From positions 281,666,001 through 281,730,000 of the forward strand of contig OZ024741.1 of NCBI GenBank assembly GCA_964016885.1: a stretch of DNA of 64,000 bases, given 5' to 3'. Origin of the DNA: Eledone cirrhosa. Lineage: Eukaryota. Position numbers and translations under genes: made by a program. Within the stretch, counting starts at the first letter, position 1, and each line of letters starts with the position of its first letter. Shown one piece after another: positions 54,901 to 55,959 of the stretch. The notes beneath the pieces were generated by a model. It was not told where the DNA came from. It did not search any database and saw only the letters and a program-made list of their open reading frames with translations.

Positions 54901-55202
54901 GTGTTGTTTACTTCAACACTGTTCAGAGCACTAGTGTTGTTTACTTCAACACTGTTCAGAGCACTAGTGTTGTTTACTTCAACACTGTTCAGAGCACTAG
55001 TGTTGTTTACTTCAACACTGTTCAGAGCACTAGTGTTGTTTACTTCAACACTGTTCAGAGCACTAGTGTTGTTTACTTCAACACTGTTCAGAGCACTAGT
55101 GTTGTTTACTTCAACACTGATCAGAGCACTAGTGTTGTTTACTTCAACACTGTTCAGAGCACTAGTGTTGTATACTTCAACATCAACACTGTTCAAGCAG
55201 AC
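15987..55202 (-). CDS. Hypothetical giant repetitive acidic, N-glycosylation-sequon-rich polypeptide ((AD)VEVNNTS(A/T)LIS)n; coding status unproven
   Basis: Uninterrupted frame of about 13,070 codons. No ATG start or signal peptide, so it could only be a spliced exon. The frame opens right after ...AATCATAG| at 55203. May be a by-product of a stop-free 3n unit. Confidence 0.2.
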   Translation of the reverse strand, partial: VCLNSVDVEVYNTSALNSVEVNNTSALISVEVNNTSALNSVEVNNTSALNSVEVNNTSALNSVEVNNTSALNSVEVNNTSALNSVEVNNTSALNSVEVNNTSTLISADDEVNNTSTLISADVEVNNTSTLISADDEVNNTSALISADVEVNNTSTLISADVEVNNTSALISADVEVNNTSTLISADDEVNNTSTLISADVEVNNTSTLISADVEVNNTSALISADVEVNNTSTLISADDEVNNTSTLISVEVNNTSTLISADVEVNNTSTLISADDEVNNTSTLISADDEVNNTSALISADVEVNNTSTLISADVEVNNTSTLISADDEVNNTSALISADVEVNNTSTLISVEVNNTSTLISADVEVNNTSTLISADVEVNNTSTLISVEVNNTSTLISADVEVNNTSTLISADDEVNNTSALISADVEVNNTSTLISVEVNNTSTLISADVEVNNTSTLISADVEVNNTSTLISVEVNNTSTLISADVEVNNTSALISADVEVNNTSTLISADVEVNNTSTLISADVEVNNTSTLISADVEVNNTSTLISVEVNNTSTLISADVEVNNTSALISADVEVNNTSTLISADVEVNNTSTLISVEVNNTSTLISADVEVNNTSTLISADVEVNNTSTLISADVEVNNTSTLISVEVNNTSTLISADVEVNNTSALISADVEVNNTSTLISVEVNNTSTLISADVEVNNTSTLISVEVNNTSTLISADVEVNNTSALISADVEVNNTSTLISADVEVNNTSTLISVEVNNTSTLISADVEVNNTSTLISADVEVNNTSTLISADVEVNNTSALISADVEVNNTSTLISVEVNNTSTLISADVEVNNISTLISVEVNNTSTLNSVEVNNTSGLINADDEVNNTSALISADVEVNNTSALISADVEVNNTSTLISADVEVNNTSTLISADVEVNNASALISADVEVNNTSALISADDEVNNTSTLISADVEVNNTSALISADVEVNNTSALISADDEVNNTSALISADDEVNNTSALISADVEVNNTSTLISADVEVNNTSALNSVEVNNTSALNSVEVNNTSALISADDEVNNASALISADVEVNNTSALISADVEVNNTSALISADDEVNNTSTLNSVEVNNTSTLNSVEVNNTSTLNSVEVNNTSALISVEVNNTSALISVEVNNTSALISVEVNNTSTLISADVEVNNTSTLISADVEVNNTSTLISADVEVNNTSTLISADVEVNNTSTLISADVEVNNTSTLISADVEVNNTSTLISAEVNNTSTLNSVEVNNTSALISADDEVNNTSALISVDDEVNNASTLNSVEVNNTSALISADDEVNNASTLISADDEVNNASTLISVEVNNTSTLISADVEVNNTSTLISADDEVNNASTLISVEVNNTSTLISADVEVNNTSALISADVEVNNTSTLISADDEVNNASTLNSVEVNNTSALISADVEVNNTSTLISADVEVNNTSTLISADVEVNNTSTLISADVEVNNTSTLNSVEVNNTSALISADDEVNNASTLISADDEVNNASTLNSVEVNNTSALISADDEVNNASTLNSVEVNNTSALISADDEVNNASTLNSVEVNNTSALINADVEVNNTSALISADVEVNNTSTLISADVEVNNASTLNSVEVNNTSALINADVEVNNTSTLISADVEVNNASTLNSVEVNNTSALINADDEVNNTSALISVEVNNTSALISADVEVNNTSTLISADDEVNNTSALISADVEVNNTSTLISVEVNNTSALISADVEVNNASTLISADDEVNNTSTLISADVEVNNTSALISVEVNNTSTLISADVEVNNTSALISADDEVNNTSTLISADVEVNNASTLISADDEVNNTSALISADVEVNNTSALISADVEVNNTSALISVEVNNTSALNSVEVNNTSALNSVEVNNTSTLISADDEVNNTSTLISADVEVNNTSTLISADDEVNNTSALISADVEVNNTSTLISADVEVNNTSALISADVEVNNTSTLISADDEVNNTSTLISADVEVNNTSALISADVEVNNTSTLISADDEVNNTSTLISVEVNNTSTLISADVEVNNTSTLISADDEVNNTSTLISADDEVNNTSALISADVEVNNTSTLISADVEVNNTSTLISADDEVNNTSALISADVEVNNTSTLISVEVNNTSTLISADVEVNNTSTLISADVEVNNTSTLISVEVNNTSTLISADVEVNNTSTLISADDEVNNTSALISADVEVNNTSTLISVEVNNTSTLISADVEVNNTSTLISADVEVNNTSTLISADVEVNNTSTLISVEVNNTSTLSSADVEVNNTSALISADVEVNNTSTLISADVEVNNTSTLISADVEVNNTSTLISADVEVNNTSTLISVEVNNTSTLISADVEVNNTSALISADVEVNNTSTLISADVEVNNTSTLISVEVNNTSTLISADVEVNNTSTLISADVEVNNTSTLISADVEVNNTSTLISVEVNNTSTLISADVEVNNTSALISADVEVNNTSTLISVEVNNTSTLISADVEVNNISTLISVEVNNTSTLNSVEVNNTSGLINADDEVNNTSALISADVEVNNTSALISADVEVNNTSTLISADVEVNNTSTLISADVEVNNASALISADVEVNNTSALISADDEVNNTSTLISADVEVNNTSALISADVEVNNTSALISADDEVNNTSALISADDEVNNTSALISADVEVNNTSTLISADVEVNNTSALNSVEVNNTSALNSVEVNNTSALISADDEVNNASALISADVEVNNTSALISADVEVNNTSALISADDEVNNTSTLNSVEVNNTSTLNSVEVNNTSTLNSVEVNNTSALISVEVNNTSALISVEVNNTSALISVEVNNTSTLISADVEVNNTSTLISADVEVNNTSTLISADVEVNNTSTLISADVEVNNTSTLISADVEVNNTSTLISADVEVNNTSTLISAEVNNTSTLNSVEVNNTSALISADDEVNNTSALISVDDEVNNASTLNSVEVNNTSALISADDEVNNASTLISADDEVNNASTLISVEVNNTSTLISADVEVNNTSTLISADDEVNNASTLISVEVNNTSTLISADVEVNNTSALISADVEVNNTSTLISADDEVNNASTLNSVEVNNTSALISADVEVNNTSTLISADVEVNNTSTLISADVEVNNTSTLISADVEVNNTSTLNSVEVNNTSALISADDEVNNASTLISADDEVNNASTLNSVEVNNTSALISADDEVNNASTLNSVEVNNTSALISADDEVNNASTLNSVEVNNTSALINADVEVNNTSALISADVEVNNTSTLISADVEVNNASTLNSVEVNNTSALINADVEVNNTSTLISADVEVNNASTLNSVEVNNTSALINADDEVNKTSALISVEVNNTSALISADVEVNNTSTLISADDEVNNTSALISADVEVNNTSTLISVEVNNTSALISADVEVNNASTLISADDEVNNTSTLISADVEVNNTSALISVEVNNTSTLISADVEVNNTSALISADDEVNNTSTLISADVEVNNASTLISADDEVNNTSALISADVEVNNTSALISADVEVNNTSALISADVEVNNTSALISADVEVNNTSALISADDEVNNTSTLISVEVNNTSALNSVEVNNTSALNSVEVNNTSALISVEVNNTSALNSVEVNNTSALNSVEVNNTSALNSVEVNNTSALNSVEVNNTSALNSVEVNNTSALNSVEVNNTSTLISADDEVNNTSTLISADVEVNNTSTLISADDEVNNTSALISADVEVNNTSTLISADVEVNNTSALISADVEVNNTSTLISADDEVNNTSTLISADVEVNNTSTLISADVEVNNTSALISADVEVNNTSTLISADDEVNNTSTLISVEVNNTSTLISADVEVNNTSTLISADDEVNNTSTLISADDEVNNTSALISADVEVNNTSTLISADVEVNNTSTLISADDEVNNTSALISADVEVNNTSTLISVEVNNTSTLISADVEVNNTSTLISADVEVNNTSTLISVEVNNTSTLISADVEVNNTSTLISADDEVNNTSALISADVEVNNTSTLISVEVNNTSTLISADVEVNNTSTLISADVEVNNTSTLISADVEVNNTSTLISVEVNNTSTLISADVEVNNTSALISADVEVNNTSTLISADVEVNNTSTLISADVEVNNTSTLISADVEVNNTSTLISVEVNNTSTLISADVEVNNTSALISADVEVNNTSTLISADVEVNNTSTLISVEVNNTSTLISADVEVNNTSTLISADVEVNNTSTLISADVEVNNTSTLISVEVNNTSTLISADVEVNNTSALISADVEVNNTSTLISVEVNNTSTLISADVEVNNTSTLISVEVNNTSTLNSVEVNNTSGLINADDEVNNTSALISADVEVNNTSALISADVEVNNTSTLISADVEVNNTSTLISADVEVNNASALISADVEVNNTSALISADDEVNNTSTLISADVEVNNTSALISADVEVNNTSALISADDEVNNTSALISADDEVNNTSALISADVEVNNTSTLISADVEVNNTSALNSVEVNNTSALNSVEVNNTSALISADDEVNNASALISADVEVNNTSALISADVEVNNTSALISADDEVNNTSTLNSVEVNNTSTLNSVEVNNTSTLNSVEVNNTSALISVEVNNTSALISVEVNNTSALISVEVNNTSTLISADVEVNNTSTLISADVEVNNTSTLISADVEVNNTSTLISADVEVNNTSTLISADVEVNNTSTLISADVEVNNTSTLNSVEVNNTSALISADDEVNNTSALISVDDEVNNASTLNSVEVNNTSALISADDEVNNASTLISADDEVNNASTLISVEVNNTSTLISADVEVNNTSTLISADDEVNNASTLISVEVNNTSTLISADVEVNNTSALISADVEVNNTSTLISADDEVNNASTLNSVEVNNTSALISADVEVNNTSTLISADVEVNNTSTLISADVEVNNTSTLISADVEVNNTSTLNSVEVNNTSALISADDEVNNASTLISADDEVNNASTLNSVEVNNTSALISADDEVNNASTLNSVELNNTSALISADDEVNNASTLNSVEVNNTSALINADVEVNNTSALISADVEVNNTSTLISADVEVNNASTLNSVEVNNTSALINADVEVNNTSTLISADVEVNNASTLNSVEVNNTSALINADDEVNNTSALISVEVNNTSALISADVEVNNTSTLISADDEVNNTSALISADVEVNNTSTLISVEVNNTSALISADVEVNNASTLISADDEVNNTSTLISADVEVNNTSALISVEVNNTSTLISADVEVNNTSALISADDEVNNTSTLISADVEVNNASTLISADDEVNNTSALISADVEVNNTSALISADVEVNNTSALISADVEVNNTSALISADVEVNNTSALISADVEVNNTSALISADVEVNNTSALISVEVNNTSTLISADVEVNNTSALISADDEVNNTSTLISADVEVNNASTLISADDEVNNTSALISADVEVNNTSALISADVEVNNTSALISADVEVNNTSALISADDEVNNTSALISVEVNNTSALISADVEVNNTSTLISADVEVNNTSTLISADDEVNNTSTLISADDEVNNTSALISADVEVNNTSALISADVEVNNTSTLISVEVNNTSTLISADVEVNNTSALISVEVNNTSALISVEVNNTSALISADVEVNNTSTLISADDEVNNTSALISGDVEVNNTSALISVEVNNTSTLISADVEVNNTSALISVEVNNTSTLISADDEVNNTSALISADVEVNNTSTLISADVEVNNTSALISVEVNNTSTLISADVEVNNTSTLISADDEVNNTSALISADVEVNNTSTLISADVEVNNTSALISVEVNNTSTLISADVEVNNTSTLISADDEVNNTSTLISADVEVNNTSALNSVEVNNTSTLISADVEVNNTSTLISADDEVNNTSALNSVEVNNTSTLNSVEVNNTSTLISADVEVNNTSALNSVEVNKTSTLISADVEVNNTSTLISADDEVNNTSALNSVEVNNTSTLNSVEVNNTSTLISADVEVNNTSTLISVEVNNTSALISADDEVNNTSTLISADVEVNNTSTLISADDEVNNTSTLISADVEVNNTSTLISADVEVNNTSALISVEVNNTSTLISADVEVNNTSTLISADVEVNNTSALISVEVNNTSTLISADVEVNNTSALISVEVNNTSTLISADVEVNNTSALISADVEVNNTSTLISADDEVNNTSALISVEVNNTSALISADVEVNNTSTLISADDEVNNTSTLISVEVNNTSALISVEVNNTSTLISVEVNNTSALISADVEVNNTSALISADVEVNNTSALISADVEVNNTSTLISADVEVNNTSALISVEVNNTSTLISADVEVNNTSTLISADVEVNNTSTLISADVEVNNTSTLISADVEVNNTSTLISADVEVNNTSTLISVEVNNTSALISVEVNNTSALISVEVNNTSTLISVEVNNTSALISVEVNNTSTLISVEVNNTSTLISVEVNNTSALISVEVNNTSALISVEVNNASTLISADVEVNNTSTLISVEVNNTSTLISADVEVNNTSALISADVEVNNTSTLISADVEVNNTSALISVEVNNTSALISADVEVHNTSALISADVEVNNTSALISVEVNNTSALISADVEVNNTSALISADVEVNNTSALISADVEVNNTSALISADVEVNNTSALISADVEVNNTSALISADVEVNNTSALISADVEVNNTSALISADVEVNNTSALISADVEVNNTSALISVEVNNTSALISADVEVNNTSALISADVEVNNTSALISADVEVNNTSTLISADVEVNNTSALISADVEVNNTSTLISADVEVNNTSALISVEVNNTSTLISADVEVNNTSTLISADVEVNNTSTLISADVEVNNTSALISVEVNNTSTLISADVEVNNTSTLISADVEVNNTSALISVEVNNTSTLISADDEVNNTSTLISADVEVNNTSTLISADVEVNNTSALISVEVNNTSTLISADVEVNNTSTLISADVEVNNTSALISVEVNNTSTLISADVEVNNTSALISVEVNNTSTLISADVEVNNTSALISADVEVNNTSALISADVEVNNTSALISADVEVNNTSALISADVEVNNTSALISADVEVNNTSALISADVEVNNTSALISADVEVNNTSALISADVEVNNTSALISADVEVNNTSALISADVEVNNTSALISADVEVNNTSALISADVEVNNTSALISADVEVNNTSALISADVEVNNTSALISADVEVNNTSALISADVEVNNTSALISADVEVNNTSALISADVEVNNTSALISADVEVNNTSALISADVEVNNTSALISADVEVNNTSALISADVEVNNTSALISADVEVNNTSALISADVEVNNTSALISADVEVNNTSALISADVEVNNTSALISADVEVNNTSALISVEVNNTSALISVEVNNTSALISADVEVNNTSTLISVEVNNTSTLISVEVNNTSTLISVEVNNTSTLISVEVNNTSTLISADVEVNNTSALISADVEVNNTSTLISADVEVNNTSALISVEVNNTSTLISADDEVNNTSALNSVEVNNTSTLNSVEVNNTSTLISADVEVNNTSTLISVEVNNTSALISADDEVNNTSTLISADVEVNNTSTLISADDEVNNTSTLISADVEVNNTSTLISADVEVNNTSALISVEVNNTSTLISADVEVNNTSTLISADVEVNNTSALISVEVNNTSTLISADVEVNNTSALISVEVNNTSTLISADVEVNNTSALISVEVNNTSTLISADVEVNNTSTLISADDEVNNTSALISVEVNNTSALISADVEVNNTSTLISADDEVNNTSALISVEVNNTSTLISVEVNNTSALISADVEVNNTSALISVEVNNTSALISADVEVNNTSTLISADVEVNNTSALISVEVNNTSTLISADVEVNNTSTLISADVEVNNTSTLISADVEVNNTSTLISADVEVNNTSTLISADVEVNNTSTLISVEVNNTSALISVEVNNTSALISVEVNNTSTLISVEVNNTSALISVEVNNTSTLISVEVNNTSTLISVEVNNTSALISVEVNNTSALISVEVNNASTLISADVEVNNTSTLISVEVNNTSTLISADVEVNNTSALISADVEVNNTSTLISADVEVNNTSALISVEVNNTSALISADVEVNNTSALISADVEVNNTSALISVEVNNTSALISADVEVNNTSALISADVEVNNTSALISADVEVNNTSALISADVEVKNTSALISADVEVNNTSALISADVEVNNTSALISADVEVNNTSALISADVEVNNTSTLISADVEVNNTSALISADVEVNNTSALISADVEVNNTSALISADVEVNNTSTLISADVEVNNTSALISADVEVNNTSTLISADVEGNNTSALISVEVNNTSTLISADVEVNNTSALISVEVNNTSTLISADDEVNNTSTLISADVEVNNTSTLISADVEVNNTSALISVEVNNTSTLISADVEVNNTSTLISADVEVNNTSALISVEVNNTSTLISADVEVNNTSALISVEVNNTSTLISADVEVNNTSALISADVEVNNTSALISADVEVNNTSALISADVEVNNTSALISADVEVNNTSALISADVEVNNTSALISADVEVNNTSALISADVEVNNTSALISADVEVNNTSALISADVEVNNTSALISADVEVNNTSALISADVEVNNTSALISADVEVNNTSALISADVEVNNTSALISADVEVNNTSALISADVEVNNTSALISADVEVNNTSALISADVEVNNTSALISADVEVNNTSALISADVEVNNTSALISADVEVNNTSALISVEVNNTSALISVEVNNTSALISADVEVNNTSTLISADVEVNNTSALISADVEVNNTSTLISADVEVNNTSALISVEVNNTSTLISADVEVNNTSALISVEVNNTSTLISADDEVNNTSTLISADVEVNNTSTLISADVEVNNTSALISVEVNNTSTLISADVEVNNTSALISVEVNNTSTLISADVEVNNTSTLISVEVEVNNTSALISVEVNNTSALISVEVNNTSTLISADVEVNNTSTLISADVEVNNTSALISADVEVNNTSTLISADVEVNNTSALISVEVNNTSTLISADVEVNNTSTLISVEVEVNNTSALISVEVNNTSALISVEVNNTSTLISADVEVNNTSTLISADVEVNNTSALISADVEVNNTSTLISADVEVNNTSALISVEVNNTSTLISADVEVNNTSTLISVEVEVNNTSALISVEVNNTSALISVEVNNTSTLISADVEVNNTSTLISADVEVNNTSALISADVEVNNTSTLISADVEVNNTSALISVEVNNTSTLISADVEVNNTSALISVEVNNTSTLISADDEVNNTSTLISADVEVNNTSTLISADVEVNNTSALISVEVNNTSTLISADVEVNNTSALISVEVNNTSTLISADVEVNNTSTLISADVEVNNTSALISVEVNNTSALISVEVNNTSTLISADVEVNNTSTLISVEVNNTSTLNSVEVNNTSALNSIEVNNTSTLNSVEVNNTSALISADDEVNNTSALISVEVNNTSTLISADVEVNNTSALISVEVNNTSTLFSADVEVNNTSALISADVEVNNTSTLISADVEVNNTSTLISADVEVNNTSALISVEVNNTSALISVEVNNTSALISVEVNNTSALNSVEVNNTSTLNSVEVNNTSALISVEVNNTSALISVEVNNTSALISVEVNNTSALISVEVNNTSALNSVEVNNTSALISADDEVNNTSTLNSVEVNNTSALNSVEVNNTSALISVEVNNTSTLISADDEVNNTSALISVEVNNTSALISADDEVNNTSALISVEVNNTSALISADDEVNNTSALNSVEVNNTSALISADDEVNNTSALISADDEVNNTSALISVEVNNTSTLNSVEVNNTSTLISADVEVNNTSALISADDEVNNTSALISVEVNNTSTLISADVEVNNTSALISVEVNNTSTLISADVEVNNTSALISVEVNNTSTLISADVEVNNTSTLISADVEVNNTSTLISVEVNNTSTLISADVEVNNTSTLISADVEVNNTSALISADVEVNNTSALISVEVNNTSTLISVEVNNTSTLISADVEVNNTSTLISADVEVNNTSTLISADVEVNNTSTLISADVEVNNTSTLISADVEVNNTSTLISADVEVNNTSTLISVEVNNTSTLISADVEVNNTSTLISADVEVNNTSALNSVEVNNTSALISVEVNNTSTLISADVEVNNTSTLISADVEVNNTSTLISADVEVNNTSTLISADVEVNNTSTLISADVEVNNTSTLISADVEVNNTSALISVDDEVNNTSTLISADVEVNNTSALISADVEVNNTSTLISVEVNNTSALISADVEVNNTSTLISVEVNNTSALISADVEVNNTSTLISADVEVNNTSALISADDEVNNTSTLISADVEVNNTSALISADVEVNNTSALNSVDVEVNNTSALISVEVNNTSALISVEVNNTSALISVEVNNTSTLISVEVNNTSALISVEVNNTSTLISVEVNNTSTLISVEVNNTSTLISVEVNNTSALNSIEVNNTSTLISADVEVNNTSALISADVEVNNTSTLISADVEVNNTSALISADVEVNNTSALNSVDVEVNNTSALISVEVNNTSALISVEVNNTSALISVEVNNASTLISADVEVNNTSALISADVEVNNTSALISADVEVNNTSTLISADDEVNNTSALISVEVNNTSSLISVEVNNTSTLISVEVNNTSALISVEVNNTSTLISVEVNNTSTLISVEVNNTSTLISVEVNNTSALISVEVNNTSTLISVEVNNTSTLISVEVNNTSALISADVEVNNTSTLISADVEVNNTSTLISADDEVNNTSALISADVEVNNTSTLISADVEVNNTSALISADVEVNNTSALISVEVNNTSTLISADVEVNNTSTLNSVEVNNTSALISADVEVNNTSALISVEVNNTSALISADVEVNNTSALISVEVNNTSTLISVDVEVNNTSTLISADVEVNNTSTLISADVEVNNTSALISADVEVNNTSALISADVEVNNTSTLISADVEVNNTSTLISVEVNNTSALISADVEVNNTSTLISAEVNNTSAPISADVEVNNTSALISVEVNNTSALISADVEVNNTSTLISADVEVNNTSALISADVEVNNTSALISADVEVNNTSTLISADVEVNNTSTLISVEVNNTSAPISADVEVNNTSALISVEVNNTSALISADVEVNNTSALISVEVNNTSTLISADVEVNNTSTLISADVEVNNTSALISVEVNNTSALISADVEVNNTSALISVEVNNTSTLISADVEVNNTSALNSADDEVNNTSTLISADVEVNNTSTLISADVEVNNTSTLISADDEVNNTSALISAEVNNTSTLISADVEVNNTSTLISAEVNNTSTLISADVEVNNTSTLISADVEVNNTSALISAEVNNTSTLISADVEVNNTSALISVEVNNASTLISADVEVNNTSTLISADVEVNNTSTLISADVEVNNTSALISADVEVNNTSALISADVEVNNTSALISVEVNNTSTLISVEVNSTSTLISVEVNNASTLISADVEVNNASALISADVEVNNTSALISVEVNNASTLISADVEVNNTSALISADVEVNNTNTLISADDEVNNTNTLISADDEVNNTSTLISADVEVNNTNTLISADDEVNNTSTLISVEVNNTNTLISADVEVNNTSTLISADVEVNNTSTLISADVEVNNTSTLISADVEVNNTSTLISVEVNNTSTLISADVEVNNTNTLISADDEVNNTSTLISVEVNNTSTLISADDEVNNTNTLISADDEVNNTSTLISADVEVNNTNTLISADDEVNNTSTLISVEVNNTNTLISADVEVNNTSTLISADVEVNNTSTLISADVEVNNTSTLISVEVNNTSTLIRADVEVNNTSALISVDDEVNNTSALISADVEVNNTSALISADVEVNNTSTLISVEVNNTSALISADVEVNNTSALISVDDEVNNTSTLISVEVNNTNTLISADDEVNNTSTLISADVEVNNTNTLISADDEVNNTSTLISADVEVNNTSTLISADVEVNNTNTLISVDVEVNNTSALISADVEVNNTSTLISVEVNNTSALISADVEVNNTSALISVDDEVNNTSTLISVEVNNTNTLISADDEVNNTSTLISVEVNNTSTLISADVEVNNTNTLISADVEVNNTSTLISADVEVNNTSTLISADVEVNNTSALISADVEVNNTSTLISVDVEVNNTSALISADVEVNNTNALISADVEVNNTSALISADVEVNNTSTLISADVEVNNTSALISADVEVNNTSTLISVDVEVNNTSALISADVEVNNTSALISVDVEVNNTSALISADVEVNNTNTLISADVEVNNTNTLISADVEVNNTSTLISADVEVNNTSALISADVEVNNTSTLISADVEVNNTSALISADVEVNNTSTLISVDVEVNNTSALISADVEVNNTSALISVEVNNTSALISVDDEVNNTSTLISVEVNNTSALISADVEVNNTNTLISADDEVNNTSTLISVEVNNTSTLISADVEVNNTNTLISVDDEVNNTSTLISADDEVNNTSALISADVEVNNTSTLISVEVNNTSALINVEVNNTSALISVEVNNTSALISVEVNNTSALISVEVNNTSALISVEVNNTSALISVEVNNTSALISADVEVNNTSALISADVEVNNTSTLISADVEVNNTSTLISVEVNNTSALISADVEVNNTSSLISADVEVNNTSTLISVEVNNTSALINVEVNNTSALISVEVNNTSTLISADVEVNNTSALISVEVNNTSALISADVEVNNTSALISVEVNNTSALISADVEVNNTSALISVEVNNTSALISADVEVNNTSALISADVEVNNTSTLISADVEVNNTSALISVEVNNTSALISADVEVNNTSALISADVEVNNTSALISADVEVNNTSALISADVEVNNTSALISVEVNNTSALISADVEVNNTSALISADVEVNNTSALISADVEVNNTSALISADVEVNNTSALISADVEVNNTSTLISADDEVNNTSALISVEVNNTSALNSVEVNNTSTLISVEVNNTSTLISADDEVNNISTLISADDEVNNISALISADDEVNNISALISADDEVNNISTLMYIMLP
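16006..55195. repeat. 39.2-kb tandem array of interspersed 33-bp and 39-bp units (roughly 1,050 units)
   Basis: Unit CTGATCAGAGYACTAGTGTTGTTTACTTCAACA (33 bp) with or without TCAGCA (39 bp). Very homogeneous, sharp boundaries, no inserted elements and no frameshift. Unit count is estimated from length. Confidence 0.99.
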
Positions 55203-55454
55203 CTATGATTTAAGGCAGTCAAGTCATAACAATTTTCAGAAATAGTATACCTTTAACCAGGCCCCGATTTTGACATTGTGGGGCTCAGGATAGTTGAGGT
55301 TTGATGAGCCCCTCATATAACAACACACACAGACACACATAGATATGTGTGTGTATGTATGTATATACATAAGCAAGCAAGAATAGGGAGAGATAGAGAA
55401 AGAAGGGGCCCCAATAAATCTAGCCCTGTGTTTAACTGCATCATCCAATGAGAT

Positions 55455-55792
55455 GGCGCCTTAATAAAATGCACCTAGTACCTCCTGTAAAGTGTTAATG
55501 TTGGTACCATGATAAGATGCACGCAGTCTGTTCTTTAAAGTGGTAGTATTGGTGTCACAAAAAACACACTTGTGCTGGTGTTATAAGAAACGCACACATT
55601 TTGGTGCCATAAAAAAGTGAACCCAGCATACTTTATAAAGTGATTGGTGTTAAAAAAGGCATCCAACCATTGAGACCATACTAAATATGGAATGTAATAA
55701 GCAAGATAGGTTGCTCTAGCTCATTTGGTCACAGACTGTGACAACATATCCAACCCATGCAAGTGAGGAAAGGGAACATATGATGATGATGT
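55455..55792 (+). mobile_element. Diverged RTE 3' UTR-like element with internal tandem subrepeats
   Basis: AAAAAAGTGAACCCAGCATACTTTATAAAGTGATTGGTGTTAAAAAAGGCATCCAACC...CAACCCATGCAAG..GGAA..(GAT)n. Confidence 0.65.
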
Positions 55793-55959
55793 GGTTGATG
55801 GAGATTTTGCAGTGATTTCTAGAAAGTTGAATGCCCATGTAAAAATACTGTTGTATAGGGAGGTCATTCTGTTATGATCAATATTTCACCCTTTTGTTAC
55901 TATATTTCTGATGAAATAGTCTATTATTTTCAATTAACTTTCATAAAGTTATGTTGATA

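Noticed and set aside
16006-55195. CRISPR-like array (palindromic repeats of 33-39 bp)
   Set aside because: No unique spacers, no cas genes, and a eukaryotic TE context. It is a head-to-tail tandem repeat.
15967-55245. 13,092-aa plus-strand protein (LIRALVLFTSTSA)n
   Set aside because: Starts at GTG, is implausibly hydrophobic over its whole length and has no unique domains. Best explained as a stop-free frame of the repeat.
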